Shown in pieces: positions 55,701 to 64,000 of a stretch of DNA of 64,000 bases. Made by a program: the position numbers and the translations under genes. Under the pieces are notes generated by a model. That model was not told where the DNA came from. It did not search any database and saw only the letters and a list, made by a program, of their open reading frames with translations. Origin of the DNA: the human T2T-CHM13v2.0 reference genome, Homo sapiens; the NCBI RefSeq assembly GCF_009914755.1, contig NC_060925.1; one strand, written 5' to 3'. Numbering within the stretch: the first letter of the stretch is position 1; the number at the start of each line of letters is the position of its first letter.

Positions 55701-56862
55701 CCGAGGTCCCATCTCTACTCCAAAGGATGGACAGCTCAGGTTCCCTCTCATTTAACAGCTTGGGAGCCCCCAGCCCCCTGAGGTAAAGTGGGGTGGGCAC
55801 TGCTCCACTGAGCAGGAAAGCACAATTTTTCCCCCAAGGGCTTTCTCTAGTTGTTCCAGGAGCCTCAGTTCTGAGACTTCCCAGGCAAACAGAGGGAGGT
55901 CCTAGCCTGGCAGCCCTGGGTTCTTAGGGAAGGGAGAGACGGGAGACCTGGCAATAGTCCCAGGCAATGAAGATAGCAAGAGACCCAGGGGCAGGAGAGC
56001 AAACACGGGCAGAAGCTGGGGGAGTCTCCGCAGCCTGGGTACCCCCAGCCTCTGCATCTGATCTCCAATAAGCTCCAAGGTTGGGCTGTGGGAGGGAGGA
56101 CACAGGGAGGTTCTTGTGTTACAAGAATCTAGCCTCCCCAAGTCCAGGACCCAGGCCACAGTTTTGCCTCTCAGCCAATAAAGCTGTTAAAGAAAAATAT
56201 AAGAATGGGTCATTGGCAAACTCACATGCATTTCAACCTGAGCAATTTATGAATATCGAAATGTCTCAGTGTCTGCCCAAGCACTATTCCTGCCCCCACC
56301 CCTTTTCTTCCATGCCCCTCCTCAACCCCCATGGGGTGATGGTGCCCCAGCCCAAAGAACTATGGAACTGGGCTCTCCCAAGCCCCTGTGGAGTACCTCT
56401 TGGAGGAGGAGGCAGACAGAGATGAAGGGTGGGGAGAATGGCTTCAGGGACACCACTCATTTATCAAATATGCACCGAGCACAGACAGTGGGATGGGCAC
56501 CGTGCTAGGCACCAGGAGACAGCACTCAGGGAGGCCCAGCAGGCAGTCCAGTGGGAAGACAGGCCCATATGCATATGACTGCAATTCAGAGCAGTCACGT
56601 CAGCAGGACTGTGGTCTCCCCTGCCACCCAGTCTTCATGTCACCTCTTCCAGGGTTACACTGAATTTGATCCTCCCTAGTTGAGGGTCTCTCCTTCCTCT
56701 TCATGCCTTTAGGATGGTAGTCCCCAGCTCTGAGACTCCTGGATGTTCTCTTTGTGTGTGTGGGGTGCGTGGGATGGGGGTGGGGGGTGGTGGTGTATGG
56801 GCAATGGGAGGGGCCCTGAGTCTCAGAGAGTGCCCAATACTACTTGGAGGAAGTGTTATCTG

Positions 56863-56908
<46 letters not shown>
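56863..56908 (+). repeat. (TG)n(GA)n compound microsatellite
   Basis: Direct reading. Confidence 0.9.
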
Positions 56909-57999
56909 TCCTCTTTTCCTGCCTCTGTGGCAGCCCCAGTGGAGCAATGGAAAGCCGGCATTGAATGACTGAGAGATAGAAGTTGTTTGCAGCCCCAGGC
57001 CTCCGTTGTGTCCTCCTGGAGGGCATAAGCCACCAAAATTACCCCTAAAGGGGGTTTCTTAGAGGACAATCCCTTTCCCCTCAATTCAGAGCTCTTTCAC
57101 CAGGGGTTCCCATCCCAGCCTCAAAAGAGCTGACTTTTCCTCCAAAGTTAGCCCTTCTTAAGGCTCAAGTTGAGAAAAGTTGTTCACTGGCAGATTAAGG
57201 TATGTAAAAAAAAAAAAATCGTCAGGAAAGATTAAATCAGACCAAAAGAAGAATTTGTTAATGAGGGTTGAGGAAAGGAAGGCAGTATACAAGCACTTCC
57301 AAACGGAGGCTGTGGAATGTTGGTCGGAAGGGAGGGCTCTCCCTTGGGCCCCCAGACGCCCTCTCCTGACCAGCTCAGCACTGGCAGGGCTGGCCAGCTC
57401 TTGTTCCCCGGGGGCACCCTGTTATGGACCCTTTCTCAGGAAAGGGAGCACCTATCCTTGTCTAGCTGCCTTCCTGGGCCCCTACCCGGCCAGAGCTCCT
57501 CCTCCAGGTGGGCTCCTAGCTCCGGCCTTTCTTAGGCATGCAAGGGCCCCAGGGATGGGGAGGCAGTGGGAGGCAGGCTTATGGCCAAGAGGTCTGGCCA
57601 GACCTAGACCCCACAGACACAATGGCTAGGAAGGACTCTGATGTGTGTGGGGAGTAGCTGGTGTCTCCTCTAAGCCTGGGACCATGTTTGCCTCCACATA
57701 TACTGGAGTTGGTGGTTTGGCCCACGGACATGGCTTCTCCCAGGCCCCAAACTGGGGTCTCCTGGGGCCCTCTGTTCCAAGGGTACCAGACAAACATATG
57801 CACAGGTGTCACAAACCCCTGATCCCTAACCCCTTTACAGCCCCTTCCTCATACCACTCCATACCATGGGGTATAAAGGAAACGGAGGAGGCACTCCAAG
57901 CGGGTTTCACTCAGCGGGGACAGGAGGATCGGCTACCTCCGGAGCCAAGGCTCCCTCTCACACTCCCCCCAATCCCACCAGCGGCAAAATCCTTTAAAA

Positions 58000-59900
58000 G
58001 GAACAAAGGCAATGGGGGCGGGGAGGGGGCTTCCTCTTTGGTCGACCTAGGGCGGCGGCTGACGCAGCCCGCCGCCGGTCAGCTTTCAGGTGAGTGCCTG
58101 AACCCGCATCCCGCCCATGCCTTAGGGACCCCTCTTCGCCCAGCCAAGCCCGGGGCGGGGAGGAAAGTCCCCCTCAGCCGCACTCGGGCCCCCAACCCGG
58201 CCAAGGGGTCGCCAACTCGCGGCACTTTCTGCCTGTTTGTTTTCGCTCAGTACTCACAGTTTAGATGCTAAGCCGGCTCCTCTTGCACTCACTTCCTTTG
58301 TGTCTCTCTCTCTCTTTCTCTCTCTCTCCCCCTCACCAATCTCTTTCTTCCCTCCTTGTCCGATTCTCTGCTGTAGCTTCCAGTGGAGAAAAATAATTAT
58401 TCTTCAATGGGTTAGCACGGGGCGCACGCACACACGCGCGCGCACACACACCCCGCCGAGGTACCCAATCAATGCACAAATCTTCGGGGTCCCTTTAACC
58501 TCTGCGGATGACTCCGGGAGTTAATTATGAAGCCTATTTCGGCGCGGCATAAATATGCATTAAGGTAGGAAATAATCGATACGCTGAACTTCTGGGAACT
58601 GGCATTTAGACGGACTCCGTCTCGCCGCCCCCCACTCCCTCCATGGCCCCACGAGCCACCTCCACAGCCTCGCGCCTTCCCGGGGTCGCAACGCCTATCA
58701 CAAGCTTCTACCCGGGTTTCAGGGGGCCCCTGTAGTGGCGTGGGCGCCGCGCCGGTGCCGGGAGACCCCCTCGTGCGCCCTCTGCGGTCGGGGCAGACCC
58801 TCAGCCGGAGCTTCTTCCTCCCCCACCCCTGCAGGCCGGGCCCAAGCTGCGACACCCCCAGCACGGGCTCAGCCTGTGAACAAACTCCGAGCTCAGTACT
58901 CGGAGGAACTGGCGAGAGCGGGACGGCTACCTGCCCGCACGCCCGATTTCCGGGCACAGCTAGAAAGACCGGGACGCGATTCAACTCCCAATCCGGTGAA
59001 TCCGCCTAGCGCCTTCGGGTCCTGCCGCCCCCGGCCAGTCCCGACCCGCACACATATGCAGGCATTTGCACACACGCGCGCACACACATGCACGCACATG
59101 CACACACACATATGCACACCCTCGCGCACACAGACACTCCCGCGCGCGCTCACGCCCGCACACACTCAGGGTTATAACAAAGGAAGAGGGGCCAGCGCTG
59201 CCTTACTTTTGTCTCTCTTCTCTCTTTTGCAGCCCCCCAGCCCCGGGGCCGGCGTGCCCGGCCCACCCCGCCCTCCGCGCCCCCCGACGGCCGCGGTCAG
59301 CCGGCATTCCGGAGCAGCGCGTCGGAGCTGCAACTTCGCGCCTAAGCGCCCGCACCTCGCAGCCCGGCGGGCGGGAGACAAAAGCTGCGGCGCCGCCGCC
59401 GGAGGCCGCGCGGCCAAGGTGTGTTCGCTAATTGTCAGGAAATGTGTGTGTGTGCGGCCGGGAGCCCGCAGGGGCGGGGGAGGGGACGGAGGAAGAGGAG
59501 ACCCACCCCTCCTACCCCCGCCACTCGCCAGCGCCGGGTACCCGAACCGGGATTAGAGAATAAATTATCTGCTCTCTTCTCATTGGGCTGTGGCTGAGGA
59601 CGCCGTCGGCGGCGCCGGGCTGGGAGCTCTCCCGGCTCTTTGCATTCACCGCACAGCTCCGGCTCGCCTCGCTTCGTGGAGGCCGAGAGCCCGGGGCCTC
59701 GGCTCCAGACATCAGGGGACACCAGCCGGCTGGCCGCGCCGCCCCGCCCCTCCCCTCCCCCGCCACCCGGCTTGGCCTCAGCCCCCTCCCCTCCCAATTC
59801 TGGCTTGGGTCTTGGGGACGAAGATACTAGGGGAAAAGGCCTAGAGGCCGAAGATCCCAGTATCTTTCCTCCTCTCCCGCCACGCCCCCTTCCCAAGGAG
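58000..59900. promoter_or_regulatory. CpG island, probably a bidirectional promoter (BLACAT1 on -, divergent lncRNA on +)
   Basis: Dense CpG, GC boxes, splice donors on both strands. Confidence 0.85.
58258..58430 (-). other. Candidate most-distal BLACAT1 first exon (two tandem donors)
   Basis: Donors GAA|gtgagt (58292-58287) and ACT|gtgagt (58257-58252) at the CpG island edge; the exon contains no ATG. Confidence 0.55.
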
Positions 59901-61589
59901 GCGGAAGTGGGGGGGGGGGGGGCAGCAGGGGTTGGTCACCTGAGCCCAACCCGCTTCAGTCAGAGAGGGCTTTTAGAGCCCTCGAGAGGATCCCTTCAGT
60001 GACCACGGCCCATGTCCTGCCCCACACACAATGACAAAGAAGAGATGGCACTAAGGATCTTTGCTTTTCTCCTCTCTCCAGCCCCCTCAACTGCAGTCCA
60101 ATATTGTTACTAATTTCTTTCCTTTGGCCCACCTTGGCAGACAGCTCATTAACTGCCTGGAAGGAAATGCCCTCTGGTTCAAAGCAGCTTCCTGCCAAGA
60201 ATTCATTCATTTAGCAAGAAATATGCAGGATCCTCCCCCCACCGCCCCCCACCACCCGTGCCATGACACGGGCTGGGTGCCAGGAATGCAAAAGAAGAAG
60301 ATCCAGATGAGACAATCATGTTTTTAAAAAGCAACAAATACTGGAGTCAGAGGTGTTATCCCAGTGTGAGAGGTGCTAAACCAAGGTACAGGCAAAGTTT
60401 GAACCCAAAAGGCAGGATTGAGTAACTTCAGCCATTCATTCAATAATAATGTAGCATGTCTTCCATGCCAGGCTCTGTGCTAGGCATTGGGGATATACAC
60501 AGGTGAACCAGTGCGTGTGGTGCCCAGTCCTCTGGAGTGCACAGTCTGCTGGACAAGATGAACACTGACTAGTGCCATATGAGCTAATCAGGAGACATCT
60601 GGGGAGTGTGAATAATGGGGACTCTTACTCTTCACTGGGGAGCCCAGAAAGGCTTCTCTGAGGAATGAGATCTAAAGGATGAAAGATAGCTGGGTGAAGA
60701 TGGGATGGTGAGGGGCAAGGGAAGAGTTCTGGTCAGAAGAAACCTGTAGAGAGGCCCTTGAGCTGCTAGTAACTGGCTCATGAGAAAGCAGTGAATCGTC
60801 CAGCTTGCAGAGAGGGAGCACACAACAGAGCGAGGTGGGCCTAGGAAGGACCTGCAGAAGCTAGAGAGCTGCCCAGAGTAGTATTTGCAGGTGTAATCCA
60901 GGCAGATTTCTCCAGGTTCCAAAGACTAATGTTTTGAAAGAGGCTTACCTGTGTGTTGCTCTTTCTGAGCCCAACCCCACACTGTAGCCCCCTTTAACTT
61001 CTAGTGTCTGATGGTTGCAATTGGCCCAACTTTGTCCCTGCTGAAGACATCCCCAAAATAAAGAACATAGATGATGACATCCCTGTTTCAATCTGTCACT
61101 CCCCAGTGGCCTGCACCACTCTGTTTACCTCCTCATTTAGTGACCACTGGCCTTCACCTGGGGGGAGCTATCAATAGCACTGGCTAGACTCCTTTCCATG
61201 ATCTGGGATTGTATGCTTTCCTATACATTTACTATCCCTAGATTCTCACAAGAGCCCTGAGAGTTAAGTTTATCTCCACCGGACAGATAGGGAAACAGAG
61301 TCAGAAAGAGGCAGTGGCTTGCTTAGTACCATGTACAAATTCATTGGCCAGAAGAATTGTTTGGCTCCCTGCCTTTTCTCTATTATACTTCAGGTATTTG
61401 CTAGCCTCCCAGCTTATCCACGAGCCCAAGATGGTAGAGGCTAAGTAATCCCCTGCCTCTACCAGAGCCTTCAGCACCTAGGACAGGGCCCTGCACACCC
61501 AGGCTCTGGAGCCAAACCTGCTGATGTGAGAGGCTGTGGTAGAAGGGAAGGAAATGATTAAATGGTAGATCTGGGAACATGTTATAGCA

Positions 61590-61790
61590 GAAACTGTTTG
61601 GGCTTTGGACTTAACATGCACTTCGATGGGAATTGCCACTGTTACCAACACGCTCTGAGCCATGGTTCCCTCATCTGCCAAATGGGATTTAAGATATCCA
61701 TCTGAGAAGGCTGTCGTGAAGATTAAATGAAATTGTATATGTGTCGAATGTCTATGGAAAAATACACAAGACATTGCTAATGATAGGTAC
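61590..61790 (+). mobile_element. MIR
   Basis: ctctgagccatggttccctcatctgccaaatggga ... gtgaagattaaatga. Confidence 0.7.
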
Positions 61791-62770
61791 TTCTGGAAGG
61801 GGACCTGAGTGGATGGGGCACCTGCTTTCATTGTTCCCCCTCTAGCAGTTGTGATGTTGTACCATGTGCATGTATTACCTGTCCAAAATAAATAGTGAAA
61901 TACTTTAATAATATGTAAAACAACATAAAAACAATACTAAAATAGGCACTCTGTGCACTTTTGTTGAACTGAATGGAGTTTTGTGGTTTGAAGCACTGAG
62001 ATGTATTATCGAGGAAAATCACAGAGTCTCCTTCAGAAAGTGATGTTGGCCTGAAGGTTTGCACAGTGCCGTGTCTTCAGGCAGGGGTGAAGATGGCTAA
62101 CCAGGTGAGATGTTTTCCAGCCCAGAAATTCTACAGTTCAAACCCTCGTTCACAGAGGTAAATAGCATCCCAGCAGGCTCACTTTCTATTGAGAGATCCA
62201 AATCCCTGCAGGTAATAGGAGATGTGTGGGGACAAAGCAGGAGTCATGGGGAGGAAAGGCTGTGGGTCTGGGCAGCCCCTCAGCGGCCCCATTCTGTCCA
62301 GAGAGGATAAGACAGAGAGAGACTCCTGATCTGCTGACCTGGTGCTGCTCTTTTCTGGCTTAGTGAGCTAGCTCCCTGCCCAACCACCCTGTAGCCCCAA
62401 AGAAAGCTGAGAGCAGCAGGTGCAGAGCCTAAGGAGGGGAGTGGGCTTTCTCCTGTTACCCTCCAGGGATTGAGGTCCTGGGACAGTGCAGGGCAGCCAT
62501 TCATCAGCCAGCACAAAGAGACAGTCTCTCAGCCACACAGAGACCAGGTCGGGTCACCTCAGACACTGGGGCATAACATCAGTGGGAACTTTAGAGGTGT
62601 CTTAAAAAAAACCCTTTGGACTTTCACATCTAGTGGTATTGGCGGAAGGGTTGGGACAGGAAGGAAGCATTCTGTGGGAGATCCTGGGGAGGAAAAGGCA
62701 AAGATAGGCCCCAGCTTCAGTGAAATGGAGGAGGGCAGGTGGAATCAAAAAGGCTAGAAAAATAGGAGTT

Positions 62771-63259
<489 letters not shown>

Positions 63260-64000
63260 CTAAGAAGGAAAAGGAAGGGAAGGCAAAGGCCCAGGACTGG
63301 GTGGCCATATTTTCATCTAAAGAAAAAATGTGGCTGTGCCTTTTTCTGCTCTGAGCTTCCAGAGGAGGGAGGCTCTCTGTTTCCCTTCTGAGGCAGAGGG
63401 TGCAGTGTTTTAGTCTGGGGCAGGGATATCCTGCAGCTCCAATTTGGACAGGTCACCTTACTGACCCCTACCTTTGCCTCCTGTCCCCCTTCTCCTAATT
63501 AACACGAAACACACTGTAGCCCAGTCCCTGGTCAGTCTTGAAAACAGAGATAACTTTCATCAGAAAGGACAAAATGCAGATGCTTTCCTTGCTAAGCAAT
63601 CAGAAGTACTTAGAAATTGCCGTCACTCACAGCATCCTGAGTCTGTTGTGTGTAGCACAGTGGGCTAGAGCCTATTCCTGTTACAGTCACCAGAGCATCA
63701 GCTCTGTGATCCAGATAGAAAGCCACAGTTTTCATCAATGAATATGTCATGTGCCTAGCACAACACCGGACACTTCATGGATACAAGGATTCATTTCAGT
63801 CATCCTTTTCTTCAGGAGAGTCCTCATTGCCACCTAAGAGTCTGGACTGTGTGTAGCTTTAACTGACCGTCCACTTTCCTGGATGACAGTATCAGGCATG
63901 GCAATACCATCCCTCAACCCATACTTCACTGATATAATAAATACAAATGGATGCAAACAGGTGAGAATTACTTCATGGTCCCATCACAATCCACCAACCC

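Noticed and set aside
58735-59556. 273-aa ORF in the CpG island
   Set aside because: Stop-poor GC-rich DNA and CA repeats, non-ATG start, no recognisable domain.

Overview
Primate, almost certainly human, genomic DNA. I recognise it from memory, not by search, as the LEMD1/BLACAT1/MIR135B locus (chr1q32.1). All three genes lie on the minus strand. LEMD1: a proximal non-coding exon (~24.3-24.4 kb) and three coding exons (22807-22888, 21582-21704, 18585-18649) that splice with GT-AG in phase to give the first 90 aa; the remaining exons lie left of the window. MIR135B: hairpin at 50643-50739. BLACAT1: a 33-codon ORF (43263-43364, MPQFTFACFCGLHGFCKMKRKKEEVHRERETAV), too short for the supplied ORF track, at the start of a ~6.2 kb terminal exon whose poly(A) signal is at 37237-37242. 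Candidate upstream first exons lie at ~52.2, ~52.6 and ~58.3 kb, the last in a CpG island. The left ~37 kb is repeat-dense: a full-length, inactivated L1PA3-type element nested in a MER21 LTR, itself nested in an old L1M fragment, plus ~20 Alus, MIR/L2 remnants and a long polypurine tract. The most interesting structure is a shared transcription unit that could yield miR-135b plus either a Cys-rich/polybasic/PDZ-ligand micropeptide or LEMD1. A 7-nt microexon-like site at the BLACAT1 acceptor could act as the switch. Boundaries of old repeats and all TSSs are approximate.
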